Positions 1 through 9,854 of a stretch of DNA of 64,000 nucleotides are shown here, one piece after another; positions within the stretch are counted from its first letter, which is position 1, and each line of letters opens with the position of its first letter. The stretch comes from an uncultured Bacilli bacterium (lineage in GTDB: Bacteria > Bacillota_I > Bacilli_A > RF39 > UBA660). The notes under the pieces were generated by a model. The model saw nothing but the letters and a program-made list of their open reading frames with translations, was not told the origin of the DNA and ran no database searches. The stretch lies in contig CAKOXX010000001.1 of the NCBI GenBank assembly GCA_934130405.1, positions 11,566 to 75,565 on the forward strand. Reading direction: 5' to 3'. Position numbers and translations under genes: made by a program.

Positions 1-372
1 GAAGATAGACATCTAAACAATTTTGGTATAATTAGAAATGTTAATACTCTGAAATGGCTAGATATTGCTCCTATCTTTGATAATGGGCAGTCATTAAATA
101 TCATTGATTATAACGACGATGAAGTAATTATAAATGGACAGGGTCGCTTTTTCTATAGTGTAATGGATTTTGATACAATTATTTCTAAAGTAAAAAGCAT
201 TAAAAGTTTTGATTTAGCAAAGTTAGACGGCATGGTAGAGGAGTTTTCTAATTTACTGCGTAAATATCAATCAGTAACAAAAATGACAGATAGAAGAATT
301 AATAAGCTATGTAATTTACTAGCAACTAGAATAGCTAGATTAGATAAAATTATAAATGAAAGTAATAACTAA
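1..372 (+). CDS. HipA-like Ser/Thr kinase, C-terminal part (5' end outside window)
   Basis: Frame 1 is open from base 1 to TAA 370-372. Translation begins EDRHLNNFGIIRNVNTLKWLDIAPIFDNGQS, a D-x-H-x-x-N catalytic-loop region typical of HipA_C kinases. It is paralogous to the gene at the other window edge (TDRHLKNFGVIRNVNTLEWVRTTPIFDTGQS). Confidence 0.6.
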   Translation, partial: EDRHLNNFGIIRNVNTLKWLDIAPIFDNGQSLNIIDYNDDEVIINGQGRFFYSVMDFDTIISKVKSIKSFDLAKLDGMVEEFSNLLRKYQSVTKMTDRRINKLCNLLATRIARLDKIINESNN

Positions 373-473
373 TAAGAGTGTTATGAATTAAATTTCAGGC
401 ACTTTTTTATTTGACATAATCATCTGTTAATTTACATAAATTATTTTCTTTTTAAAAAAATGTTAAAAAGAGG

Positions 474-502
474 TTGACAGTTTCATATGATATTAATATA
501 AT
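474..502 (+). promoter_or_regulatory. Consensus sigma-A promoter of the NAD operon
   Basis: TTGACA (474-479), a 17-nt spacer, then TATAAT (497-502), about 75 nt upstream of the pncA start. The leader contains inverted repeats (ACAAGT-gaagag-ACTTGT; GTTAATAAC...GTTATTAAC). Confidence 0.6.
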
Positions 503-579
503 GTTAATAACAAGTGAAGAGACTTGTAAAAATTTTTAACTATAGTTATTAACAAATTATTAATAAGAGGAGAAAAATT

Positions 580-1185
580 ATGAATAAAATAGACAACTTA
601 AAACTATATAAAGATTGCTTAATTATTGTAGATATGCTTAATGGTTTTGTAAGAGAAGGAGTATTACACGATGAAGAAATTAGTAAAATAATACCTAAAC
701 AAATAAAACTAATAAAAGAAGCAAAAGAAACCAAACAATTAATTATTTTTATCAAAGATAATCATACTAAAGAATCAACAGAATTCGAAAGATTTGGAAA
801 TACAACCCACTGTCTTAAAGGAACGAGTGAAAGTGAAGTAGTAGATGAATTAAAAATCTATGAACAAGAAAAAGATACCATTAGTATTGGAAAGAATTCA
901 ACTAGTTTTATGGAAGCACCGGATTTTAGAAAACTACTAGAAAGACAAACTGAACTAGAAAACTTCAACGTAGTAGGTTGTTGTACGGATATTTGTATTA
1001 CCAACGGTGTCTTAGGACTTGCTAATTATCTCGATGAAAATAATCGAAGACATAGCATAAACGTCTATTTAGATGCTATCGCAACTTACGATGAGGAAAA
1101 TCGTAGAGATTACGTAAATGCTAGTAAAATCTTATTAAAACAACAAGGTGTTAACTTAATTAACACTAAAAGAAAGGAAAAATAA
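580..1185 (+). CDS. pncA: Nicotinamidase / isochorismatase-family cysteine hydrolase
   Basis: 201-aa ORF with SD AGGAG 8 nt upstream. It has the isochorismatase-type motif VVGCCTDICI and sits directly upstream of pncB. Confidence 0.8.
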   Translation: MNKIDNLKLYKDCLIIVDMLNGFVREGVLHDEEISKIIPKQIKLIKEAKETKQLIIFIKDNHTKESTEFERFGNTTHCLKGTSESEVVDELKIYEQEKDTISIGKNSTSFMEAPDFRKLLERQTELENFNVVGCCTDICITNGVLGLANYLDENNRRHSINVYLDAIATYDEENRRDYVNASKILLKQQGVNLINTKRKEK

Positions 1186-1186
1186 T

Positions 1187-2647
1187 ATGGAAAATAAAAC
1201 ATTAATGACCGATTTTTATGAATTAACAATGAGTCAAACTTACTTTGATGAAGGAAAACAAGAGGAAGAAGCTTATTTTGATATCTTCTTTAGAAAGAAC
1301 CCCTTTGATGGTGGTTATACCATTAGTGGTGGTTTAGCTGAAACGATTGATTATATTAAAAACTTTAAATTTGAAAAAGAAGAAATTAATTACTTAAGAA
1401 GTTTAAAGCAATTCAGTGAAGAGTTTTTAAACTATCTAGAAAATCTAAGATTTAAAGGAGATATTTACGCAGTACCAGATGGAACTATTGTTTTTCCAAA
1501 TGAAACAGTATTAACCGTAAAAGCACCTATCATTACTGCTCAGCTATTAGAAACTGCTTTGTTAGCTAATTTCAATCACGCAGCACTTGTTACTACTGCT
1601 GCTAAAAGAATTACTAACGAAGCAGAAAATATACCTGTTATGGAGTTCGGTGCTAGACGTGCTAGAGGAATTGATTCTGCTATTGAAGCTAGTAAATATG
1701 CTTATATCGGTGGATGCAGTGGAACTTCCAACACCTTAGCTGGTATGAAATATCAAATACCTGTTCTTGGAACAATGGCTCATTCACTAGTAACAGAAAG
1801 TAGCGATGAATATGAAGCCTTCTTAAAATACGCCAAGAGTAATAAAGACAACTGTGTATTTTTAGTAGATACATATGACACTTTAAAAAGTGGGATACCA
1901 AATGCTATTAAAGTATCAGATGATTATCTAAAACCAAACGGTTTAGAGTTTAAAGGTATCAGAATAGATAGTGGTGACTTAGCATATTTGTCAAAAGAAG
2001 CGAGAAAATTATTAGATGAAGCTGGTTATACTAATACTGGTATCTGTCTATCAAATGGTTTAAATGAATTTACTATTAGAGATTTAAAACTTCAAGGAGC
2101 AATCATTAACTCTTTAGGAGTAGGTGATAATATAGCTGCTGCTAAAGAACGTGTTGGTGGTGTTTACAAACTAGTCGCAACTATTAAAGATAATAGAGAA
2201 ATACCTAAGATAAAAGTTAGTAACGATAGTGCTAAAACTATCAATCCTGGTCATAAAAAAGTATATCGTTTTTATGATAAGAAAAGTGGTTATGCTTTAG
2301 GTGATGTTTTAACATTAAGTGATGAAAAGATACCTGAAGATAAATATACTCTAGTGCATCTAGTTGAAACTTGGAAGCAGAAAGAGCTAAGTAATTATCA
2401 AGTAAGAGATTTATTAATACCAATCTTTAAAGATGGTGCATTAGTTTATCAAACACCTGATATAGAAGAAACTAAAAGTTATTGTAACAAGGAATTTAAT
2501 ACTTTATATGAAGAGATTAAAAGAATAGATAAACCACATGAATATTATGTTGATTTATCAGATAAACTAAGAACACTAAAACAAGAATTAATTAATACAC
2601 ATAGAATGCAAATAACAGAAAAAGAAAAAGTAAAGGTTAAAAGATGA
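1187..2647 (+). CDS. pncB: Nicotinate phosphoribosyltransferase
   Basis: 486 aa. The N-terminus LMTDFYELTMSQTYF and the motif EFGARRARG are typical of NAPRTase. Confidence 0.9.
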   Translation: MENKTLMTDFYELTMSQTYFDEGKQEEEAYFDIFFRKNPFDGGYTISGGLAETIDYIKNFKFEKEEINYLRSLKQFSEEFLNYLENLRFKGDIYAVPDGTIVFPNETVLTVKAPIITAQLLETALLANFNHAALVTTAAKRITNEAENIPVMEFGARRARGIDSAIEASKYAYIGGCSGTSNTLAGMKYQIPVLGTMAHSLVTESSDEYEAFLKYAKSNKDNCVFLVDTYDTLKSGIPNAIKVSDDYLKPNGLEFKGIRIDSGDLAYLSKEARKLLDEAGYTNTGICLSNGLNEFTIRDLKLQGAIINSLGVGDNIAAAKERVGGVYKLVATIKDNREIPKIKVSNDSAKTINPGHKKVYRFYDKKSGYALGDVLTLSDEKIPEDKYTLVHLVETWKQKELSNYQVRDLLIPIFKDGALVYQTPDIEETKSYCNKEFNTLYEEIKRIDKPHEYYVDLSDKLRTLKQELINTHRMQITEKEKVKVKR

Positions 2648-3276
2648 GAAGAGAAAAACTAGAAGAATTAAAAGATTATATTTCCGAATTAAAAACAATT
2701 AAAAAGGAAAAACTAAAGGAAGAATATATTTATCAAGATAACATTCCTGTAGGAAGAAAAGGTTTCTTAAATATCGAAAAATACAAATGTTATTTAAATA
2801 ATGGACAAGAGATGACTAGAGAAAAAATCAGAAAAGGTGGAACTGATAAAAGTGCTTGTATCATAATGCCAGTTACTCGTGATAATAAAACTATTTTAGT
2901 AGTTCAGCCAAGACTATCTACCATCGAAGGAGTAAGTGTTGAATTACCTGCTGGGTATATTGAAGAAGATGAATATAAAGAAACAGCTGCTTTAAGAGAA
3001 TTAGCTGAAGAAACTGGTTATATCAGTAATAATCTTATCTACTTAGACAAATTTTATCAAGACCAAGCTTGTGGAGTTTCTGCTTATAATTATGCTTTTC
3101 TTGCTAAGAATTGTGTCAAAGTCCAAGAGCAAAATTTAGATAAAGATGAATTTATTAAGTATTTTGAATGTGATGTAGCAGATGCTTACGAATTAATCGA
3201 TTTAGGTTACATCACAGATATTCAATCAAAATACACTATGGAAAAAGCAAAACAATATATAAAAATAATTAAATAG
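2644..3276 (+). CDS. Nudix hydrolase (ADP-ribose pyrophosphatase-like)
   Basis: ATGA overlap with the pncB stop. Nudix box: ELPAGYIEEDEYKETAALRELAEETGY. Confidence 0.75.
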   Translation: MRREKLEELKDYISELKTIKKEKLKEEYIYQDNIPVGRKGFLNIEKYKCYLNNGQEMTREKIRKGGTDKSACIIMPVTRDNKTILVVQPRLSTIEGVSVELPAGYIEEDEYKETAALRELAEETGYISNNLIYLDKFYQDQACGVSAYNYAFLAKNCVKVQEQNLDKDEFIKYFECDVADAYELIDLGYITDIQSKYTMEKAKQYIKIIK

Positions 3277-3287
3277 AGGTGAAATAT

Positions 3288-5231
3288 ATGCGAGATTATG
3301 GTTACGTTAGAGTAGGAGCAATAGTAAATAAATTAGCACTAGCTAATCCATTGGAAAATGCCAAAGAGTTAATAAAAAACATTAAAGAAGCTTATCAGAA
3401 AGATATAGCTATCGTTGTAACACCAGAGTTAGCCCTAACTGGATATACGTGTGCTGATTTATTTTTACAAGATAAGTTAATTAAAGATGCCCTAGAAGGT
3501 CTTAAAGAAATTTTAAAAGCTACCAAAACACTTGATATAATAGCTATCATTGGTATGCCATTAGCGACTAATAACACTCTTTATAATACCGCTGTAGTTA
3601 TTAATAAAGGGAAAATACTAGGAATAGTACCAAAGAGTTATATACCAAACTATAATGAGTTTTATGAAGATAGATGGTTTAGTTCTAGTCTTAATTTGAA
3701 AGATAACTATCTAGAACTTTTAGGACAGTTGGTACCATTCGGAACAGATTTATTGTTTCAAGATGAAAATACTAAAGAGATAACTTTTGCTATCGAAATA
3801 TGTGAAGATTTATGGTCAGTTGTTCCACCTAGCAGTAACTATGCTGTAAATGGTGCTACTATTATCTTTAATTTATCAAGTAGTAATGAACTAATTGGTA
3901 AAGACAGTTACCGTCAAAAATTAATTTCCAGTCAATCAGCAAGAACAGTTACTAGTTATATTTACACTTCAAGTGGCATAATGGAATCATCGTCAGATTT
4001 AATCTTTGGTGGAGCTAGTTATATATATGAAAATGGTAAATTATTAAAGAAAAATGAACGCTTTCAGTTAGAAAGTAACATCATCAGTTCTGATATAGAT
4101 ATTTTTCTTCTTACTAATGAACGCCGCCGTAATAGAAGTTTTATGCGAAAAAAAGATAATAAAGAATATCGTATAGTAAAGATTAAAACTAATTGTAACG
4201 CTAAAACCATTGATAGAATTTATGCAAAATATCCATTTGTTCCAAATAATAATCTAGAAATGGATGAACGTTGTTTAGAAATAATTAACATTCAAAGTAG
4301 TGCTTTAGCAAGACGTTTAATTCAACTTAACAATCCTAAATGCATTATTGGAATGAGTGGTGGTCTTGATTCTACATTAGCTTTCCTAGTAATTATTGAA
4401 GCTTTTAAAAAACTTGGACGTAACAATAAAGATATTATCGGTATAACCATGCCAGGATTTGGTACTACTAATAGAACTTATCAAAATGCTTTAGACTTAG
4501 TTAAAAGTTACAATGCTACTTTAAAAGAAATAAGCATTAAAGAAGCTTGTCTTCTTCATATGCAAGACATTACTTTAGATGAAAGTGATAGAAGTATAAC
4601 TTATGAAAATTTACAAGCTCGAGAAAGAACGCAAATATTAATGGATGTAGCTAATAAAGAAAAAGGAATTGTTATTGGTACAGGTGATTTATCAGAACTA
4701 GCTCTTGGTTGGTGTACTTATAATGGAGATCATATGAGCATGTATGCCGTAAATATTGGTATACCAAAGACATTGATTCGTCACTTAGTAAATTGGTATA
4801 TGGAAAAAGAAGATGAAAAGAAAAAACTAATATTAACTGATATCTTAGAAACACCTATCTCTCCTGAATTATTACCACCTGATAAAGACGGTAATATTGC
4901 TCAAAAGACAGAAAATTCCATTGGTAACTATATATTACATGACTTTTTCTTATATCACTTCTTACGATATGGAACTTCTCCTAAAAAGTTGTATTACCTA
5001 GCTAAACTAACCTTTCCTGAATATAATAAAGAAGAAATTATTAAATGCTTAAAAATCTTTATTAACAGATTCTTTACCCAACAATTTAAAAGAAATTGTT
5101 TACCAGACGGTGTCAAAGTAGGAAGCATTAGTCTATCACCAAGAGGCGATTTAAGACTACCTAGTGACCTTAATTATCAAAGCTATCTAGATGAAATAGA
5201 AAAAATAGAAAGCAGTGAGAAATATGAATAA
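3288..5231 (+). CDS. nadE: Glutamine-dependent NAD+ synthetase
   Basis: N-terminal CN-hydrolase domain (EICEDLW) plus a C-terminal PP-loop (MSGGLDS). The ATG at 3288 is preferred because SD GAGGTG lies 7 nt upstream; the ORF track starts at GTG 3279. Confidence 0.9.
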   Translation: MRDYGYVRVGAIVNKLALANPLENAKELIKNIKEAYQKDIAIVVTPELALTGYTCADLFLQDKLIKDALEGLKEILKATKTLDIIAIIGMPLATNNTLYNTAVVINKGKILGIVPKSYIPNYNEFYEDRWFSSSLNLKDNYLELLGQLVPFGTDLLFQDENTKEITFAIEICEDLWSVVPPSSNYAVNGATIIFNLSSSNELIGKDSYRQKLISSQSARTVTSYIYTSSGIMESSSDLIFGGASYIYENGKLLKKNERFQLESNIISSDIDIFLLTNERRRNRSFMRKKDNKEYRIVKIKTNCNAKTIDRIYAKYPFVPNNNLEMDERCLEIINIQSSALARRLIQLNNPKCIIGMSGGLDSTLAFLVIIEAFKKLGRNNKDIIGITMPGFGTTNRTYQNALDLVKSYNATLKEISIKEACLLHMQDITLDESDRSITYENLQARERTQILMDVANKEKGIVIGTGDLSELALGWCTYNGDHMSMYAVNIGIPKTLIRHLVNWYMEKEDEKKKLILTDILETPISPELLPPDKDGNIAQKTENSIGNYILHDFFLYHFLRYGTSPKKLYYLAKLTFPEYNKEEIIKCLKIFINRFFTQQFKRNCLPDGVKVGSISLSPRGDLRLPSDLNYQSYLDEIEKIESSEKYE

Positions 5232-6297
5232 CTTAAAAATAATAGCTCTTAAAAGCATAAATGAAATGGGAGAAAAAGTTAATTATGAACTAAAAAAATT
5301 AAATAAGAGTGATACTAATTATCTTTTACCAATCAAAGAAGATAGATTTTCTAATGGTGAAGGGAAAGTAAAGATTAGTGATACCATTAGAGATAAAGAT
5401 GTTTACCTTTTAGCTGATGTTGGTAATTATGGGGTAACTTATAAAATGCATGGGTTTACCAATCATATGGGGCCTGATGAACATTTTCAAGATATTAAAA
5501 GAACAATCTCTGCTCTTGCAGGTGGTCCAGAAAAAATTAACCTTATAATGCCTCTTCTATATCAAGCAAGACAACATAAAAGAAAAGGGAAAGAGTCACT
5601 TGATTGTGCCATTGCTCTTCAAGAATTAGAACACTTAGGAGTTGACCATATCATTACTTTTGATGCTCATGATCCAAATGTTTCTAATGCTATTCCTAAT
5701 CTTCAATTTACTAATTTTTATCCCACTAATACTATTTTAAAAGATTTATTAATTAATGAAGATATTCATAATCCACTAGTAATAAGCCCAGATATGGGGG
5801 CAATGGAACGGGCAAGATACTATGCGGAAATGTTAGATAGTGATGTTGGTGTTTTTTATAAAAGACGTGATTTACAGAATGTAGTAAATGGAAAAAATCC
5901 TATCATTGAACATATTTATATGGGAAATAATGTAGCGGATAGAGATGTTTTAGTAGTAGATGATATGATTGCTTCTGGTAATTCTATGTTAGAAGTAGCA
6001 GAAAAACTATATAATAAAGGAGCAAATAATATTTATTTCATAGCAACGTTTGCACTTTTCACTGAAGGAATTCAAGAATTCGATAAAGCTTATGAAAAAG
6101 GACATTTTACCAAACTTTATACTACCAATCTTTCTTATATACCAGAAGAATATCAAAATAAAGAATGGTGTCATGCTGTTGATAATTCTTACGATATTGC
6201 TAATATCATTAATACTCTACACAATAAAGAATCTTTAAAACCACTTTTAAATGGTAAAGAAAAAATCTTACAATTAAGAAAAGAGTTAAAGAAATGA
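5224..6297 (+). CDS. prs: Ribose-phosphate pyrophosphokinase (PRPP synthetase family)
   Basis: Contains the PRPP-binding loop VLVVDDMIASGNS and FSNGEG near the N-terminus. The ATG at 5224 overlaps the nadE 3' end. Confidence 0.85.
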   Translation: MNNLKIIALKSINEMGEKVNYELKKLNKSDTNYLLPIKEDRFSNGEGKVKISDTIRDKDVYLLADVGNYGVTYKMHGFTNHMGPDEHFQDIKRTISALAGGPEKINLIMPLLYQARQHKRKGKESLDCAIALQELEHLGVDHIITFDAHDPNVSNAIPNLQFTNFYPTNTILKDLLINEDIHNPLVISPDMGAMERARYYAEMLDSDVGVFYKRRDLQNVVNGKNPIIEHIYMGNNVADRDVLVVDDMIASGNSMLEVAEKLYNKGANNIYFIATFALFTEGIQEFDKAYEKGHFTKLYTTNLSYIPEEYQNKEWCHAVDNSYDIANIINTLHNKESLKPLLNGKEKILQLRKELKK

Positions 6298-6872
6298 AGA
6301 TAGGAATATTTGGTGGAAGTTTTAATCCACCTCACAAAATTCATCAAAAAATTGCTAATTATCTTGTTAAAAATAATTACTTAGATAAAGTTATTTTTGT
6401 TCCAACCGGTAGTAATTATGAAAAACCTTATCTTGCTAGTGAACAAGATAGATATAATATGTTAAAATTAATGATAGGTAATGTTTCTTATTTAGATATT
6501 TCTACTTATGAATTTGGTAAGTTAACTCATACTTATCAAACACTTGATTATTTTAAAGAGCACTATAAAGATGATGAAATTTACTTCATCTGTGGTTCTG
6601 ACAATTTAAAAGAAATAAAGACTTGGAAACGCTACCAATATATTCTTTCTAATTATAAGTTGCTAGTAATTAGAAGAAATGGTGAATCTATTACTGATAT
6701 TCTTTCAGAACTTAAGAGTTATCAAGATAATATTATCGTTATAGATGATATTAAAAGTTCTTTATCTTCTACTAGTATTAGAAAAAGATTTAAAGATGAT
6801 AAGAAGCTAGTAAAAGATGGAAATATAGATTCTAAAGTATTTGAATATATCAAAAATAATTTATATAGTTAG
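6294..6872 (+). CDS. nadD: Nicotinate-nucleotide adenylyltransferase
   Basis: GGSFNPPHKIH (the (H/T)xGH nucleotidyltransferase motif) and SSTSIR near the C-terminus. ATGA overlap with prs. Confidence 0.9.
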   Translation: MKIGIFGGSFNPPHKIHQKIANYLVKNNYLDKVIFVPTGSNYEKPYLASEQDRYNMLKLMIGNVSYLDISTYEFGKLTHTYQTLDYFKEHYKDDEIYFICGSDNLKEIKTWKRYQYILSNYKLLVIRRNGESITDILSELKSYQDNIIVIDDIKSSLSSTSIRKRFKDDKKLVKDGNIDSKVFEYIKNNLYS

Positions 6873-6881
6873 AGGTATGAT

Positions 6882-7679
6882 ATGAAAATTAAAAGAATAA
6901 AAATATTCGCAAATAATAATGATAAGTCACTTAGTCTTAAAGATGAAGTTGCTAATAAATTAATAGAAAATGACTTTGAAATAGTAGATAATAGTTTTGA
7001 TTTAGGTATAGCTATCGGAGGAGATGGTTCTTTCCTAAGAATGATTAAAGATAATAATTTTGATAGTGACACCTATTATATCGGTATTAATGCTGGTACT
7101 TTAGGATTTGCACAAGAAGTAGAAATTAATGATATCGAAGAATTTATTAATGACTTAAAAGAAGATCAGTTTTTAGTAGAAGAGATAGGAATCCAAGAAA
7201 GTACTATTTATAATGAAAATAGCAAAATGGATGAATTTTACTCTTTAAATGAAATAGTAGTACGTGAAAAAACTTTAAACACTTTAAAACTAGATGTTTA
7301 TATTGATAATTATTTATTAGAAAACTTTGCGGGAGATGGTATTTTAGTAGCTACTTCTTTTGGAACAACAGCATATAATCTTAGTTTTGGTGGTAGTATC
7401 ATTTATAATACTTTCCATGCTTTAGAATTAACTACTATTGCTCCTTTAAATAATAAAACTTATAAGACTATTTCTAATTCAATTGTTCTTCCACAAAATA
7501 AAAATATCACTCTTCTACCTACTAAAACTGATAATTTAATAGTAACAGTAGATGGAGTAAATAAAGTATATGATAATGTTATTAAAATAGAAACTATTAT
7601 GAAAGACAAAACTATTAAATGTCTTAGAAACAAAGATTATAATTTTATTAAAAAGATAAATGAAAAATTCATTAAATAG
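6882..7679 (+). CDS. nadK: NAD kinase
   Basis: GGDGSFL motif, length 265 aa, SD AGAGG upstream. Confidence 0.9.
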   Translation: MKIKRIKIFANNNDKSLSLKDEVANKLIENDFEIVDNSFDLGIAIGGDGSFLRMIKDNNFDSDTYYIGINAGTLGFAQEVEINDIEEFINDLKEDQFLVEEIGIQESTIYNENSKMDEFYSLNEIVVREKTLNTLKLDVYIDNYLLENFAGDGILVATSFGTTAYNLSFGGSIIYNTFHALELTTIAPLNNKTYKTISNSIVLPQNKNITLLPTKTDNLIVTVDGVNKVYDNVIKIETIMKDKTIKCLRNKDYNFIKKINEKFIK

Positions 7680-7695
7680 AAAAGGAGAGGGTAAT

Positions 7696-8178
7696 ATGGA
7701 TTTTAAAAACATTATTCATAAATTACAATTAAAACAATTAACTATTGCAACAATGGAATCTTGTACTGGTGGAGGTGTTGCTAATGCTATCACTAATATG
7801 GAAGGTGCTAGTGAAATCTTTAAATTTAGTGCTGTTACTTACTGTAACGAATATAAAATAAAGATGGGGGTAGATAAAGAAGTTATTGATAAATATACTG
7901 TTTATAGTATGGAAACAGCTATGTCTATGGCTAAAGCAATATCAACTTTTGCTGATAGTAATTATGGTGTTGGTATCACTGGTAAGCTTAATAGAAAAGA
8001 TGAAAATAATGATACTGGAAGTAATAATCTAGTTTATATAAGTATCTATTGTAAAGATGAAGATAAGTTCTATAATGAAGAAGTAACTGTTAATAAAATG
8101 GTTCGTTCTCTAAATAAAGAATTAGTAATTAATAAGATAATTGAGCTGATGGAAAATCTTTTAAAAGACATAAATTAA
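7696..8178 (+). CDS. pncC: Nicotinamide-nucleotide amidohydrolase (CinA C-terminal domain type)
   Basis: ATMESCTGGGVANAIT is typical of the CinA/PncC domain. The ATG at 7696 is preceded by AAAGGAGAGGG. Confidence 0.8.
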   Translation: MDFKNIIHKLQLKQLTIATMESCTGGGVANAITNMEGASEIFKFSAVTYCNEYKIKMGVDKEVIDKYTVYSMETAMSMAKAISTFADSNYGVGITGKLNRKDENNDTGSNNLVYISIYCKDEDKFYNEEVTVNKMVRSLNKELVINKIIELMENLLKDIN

Positions 8179-8204
8179 CTGTCAAGAGTTTACATAAAAT
8201 TTTC

Positions 8205-8233
8205 TTGACTATTTACGTAAACCTCGCTACAAT
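8205..8233 (+). promoter_or_regulatory. Promoter with a palindromic operator-like site
   Basis: TTGACT (8205-8210), 17 nt, TACAAT (8228-8233). The spacer holds the perfect palindrome TTTACGTAAA (8212-8221), and a near copy TTTACATAAA lies at 8189-8198. Confidence 0.55.
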
Positions 8234-8251
8234 GATAGTGGAGGGTAGACA

Positions 8252-9019
8252 ATGAAGAAGTTAGATGAATTATTATTGGAACTTGGAATTTCTAAGGTTA
8301 GATTAGCTAAATACTTAGGTGTTTCAAGACAAATGTTATATAATTACTTGGCACTTTCATCATTAGAAGAATGGCCAAAAGAAAAAGCTTTAAAACTATT
8401 AAGTTTATTAGATATAGATAATGAAGAAGAAATTAATTCTCTTAGTATTACTGGAGATTATATTATGAGAGTTGAGACTAGATTGAATGAAGGAGTTAGA
8501 GATAGTTCTAATAGGGAAGTCCTTGCTGATTTAAAAGGTTTAAATAAAAAAGACCAAGATATCCTATCAGATATTATTAATATATTAAAGGAAAAATTAT
8601 TAGAAGATAAAACTAAGAAAACGCAGCAAACATATATATACTTATATCACTATTTACAATCTATGGAAACTACTGAAGAGTTACGTTATATCTTAGCTTA
8701 TATGTCAAAATCAATGGGATTTACTGATCCTTTAAAATTTGATTTTGATCAAAGTAAGCAATTTATATTTGAAAGTATTATGTTTTCGGCGATGACCTTA
8801 TATCATAACGGTGGATCTTCTAAGAGTAAAATTGCTGAAGTTCACAAAAGATTTGTACAAGATATAGAGCAAAAAAATGAAGAAAAATTAAGTCGTACGC
8901 AAGAGTTAAATGCTGCTAAGGTTCAAGCTTTAAGAGAACTTGGCTATAATTCTATCAGTGAAGAAAATGCTAAAGAAGTATTAGAAAAAATAGCAGAAAT
9001 TCAATCAAGAAAAGTATAA
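8252..9019 (+). CDS. HTH-domain protein of unknown function
   Basis: 255 aa. The N-terminus LGISKVRLAKYLGVSRQMLYNYL looks like an XRE-type helix-turn-helix; the rest is unrecognised. Confidence 0.6.
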   Translation: MKKLDELLLELGISKVRLAKYLGVSRQMLYNYLALSSLEEWPKEKALKLLSLLDIDNEEEINSLSITGDYIMRVETRLNEGVRDSSNREVLADLKGLNKKDQDILSDIINILKEKLLEDKTKKTQQTYIYLYHYLQSMETTEELRYILAYMSKSMGFTDPLKFDFDQSKQFIFESIMFSAMTLYHNGGSSKSKIAEVHKRFVQDIEQKNEEKLSRTQELNAAKVQALRELGYNSISEENAKEVLEKIAEIQSRKV

Positions 9020-9027
9020 TTAAATAG

Positions 9028-9050
9028 AGTAGGGGTTACCCTACTTTTTA
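9028..9050 (+). terminator. Rho-independent terminator
   Basis: GTAGGG-gtta-CCCTAC followed by TTTTT. Confidence 0.6.
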
Positions 9051-9074
9051 GTATTATTTTTTACGAAAAATTAA

Positions 9075-9098
9075 AGTAGGGAACTACCCTATTTTTTT
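9075..9098 (+). terminator. Second tandem terminator-like hairpin
   Basis: TAGGG-aacta-CCCTA followed by T7. Confidence 0.5.
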
Positions 9099-9675
9099 AT
9101 CAGTTAATCTAATTATTAATGGATAAATGTTTAACTAAATATATCTATACTATTAGATAACAATGGTATACGAATATAACTATTTTCTAGGAATGATTAG
9201 TTAATATTAATATATATCAAAATATATTTTAGCTGATAATAAAAAATTAATTTAATATTATTCATAAATAATTTTAGTATATAAAATAACAAAAGGTTAA
9301 TAGTTAAAAAATATAGTATAATATTTGTTGAAAGCATGTTAGTTAACATAATATCAATTATATGAAGTAATAAATAACTTAATTTTACCTTAACAACTAA
9401 TCATTTAAATCTTTTTTAAATTTTACTTTTCGTAAGTTAATTTTATAAAAATCATTTTTGTCTTAATATTTATGTATTACATCAATTATATTATTAAGTT
9501 AATTATTTATACTAATACTAATACATAAATTCTAATAATATTATACTTAATTTAAAATAGTATTACCTTTTATTATTAATTACTTCTCCCCTTCTTTTCT
9601 TTTTATAAATTTTAAAGTAGGGGAATAAAATAGGGGAAAAGGGTACAAATTAATATTGAAGGAGGAAATAATACA

Positions 9676-9852
9676 ATGTTTAAAGAAAAGAAAAAACAGG
9701 TAATTCATTGTGACGTTAAATCTTGCAAGTATCATAATGAAGAAGATTGTAAATGCGATTTAGATGAGATAAAAGTTGATTCATCTTGCAACTGTGATAA
9801 TGTTAAAGATAAAGATGAAACAGTATGTTCTAATTTTAAAAAAGAAAAATAG
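9676..9852 (+). CDS. Small Cys-rich protein, DUF1540-like (58 aa; below the ORF-track length cutoff)
   Basis: SD GAAGGAGG lies 8 nt before the ATG at 9676. Translation: MFKEKKKQVIHCDVKSCKYHNEEDCKCDLDEIKVDSSCNCDNVKDKDETVCSNFKKEK. The C-x-V-x-x-C-x-Y-...-C-x-C-...-I-x-V pattern resembles DUF1540. A strong terminator follows. Confidence 0.65.
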   Translation: MFKEKKKQVIHCDVKSCKYHNEEDCKCDLDEIKVDSSCNCDNVKDKDETVCSNFKKEK

Positions 9853-9854
9853 AA

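Noticed and set aside
549-755. A 68-aa minus-strand ORF across the pncA start. Similar antisense ORFs occur at 1689..1901, 2241..2423, 3395..3577, 4672..4854, 6050..6238 and 6869..7072.
   Set aside because: All are nested in, or antisense to, confidently identified NAD-operon genes.
9099-9600. The AT-rich desert considered as a replication origin or CRISPR leader.
   Set aside because: There are no DnaA-box-like words, no dnaA/dnaN context, and no repeat-spacer array or cas genes nearby.
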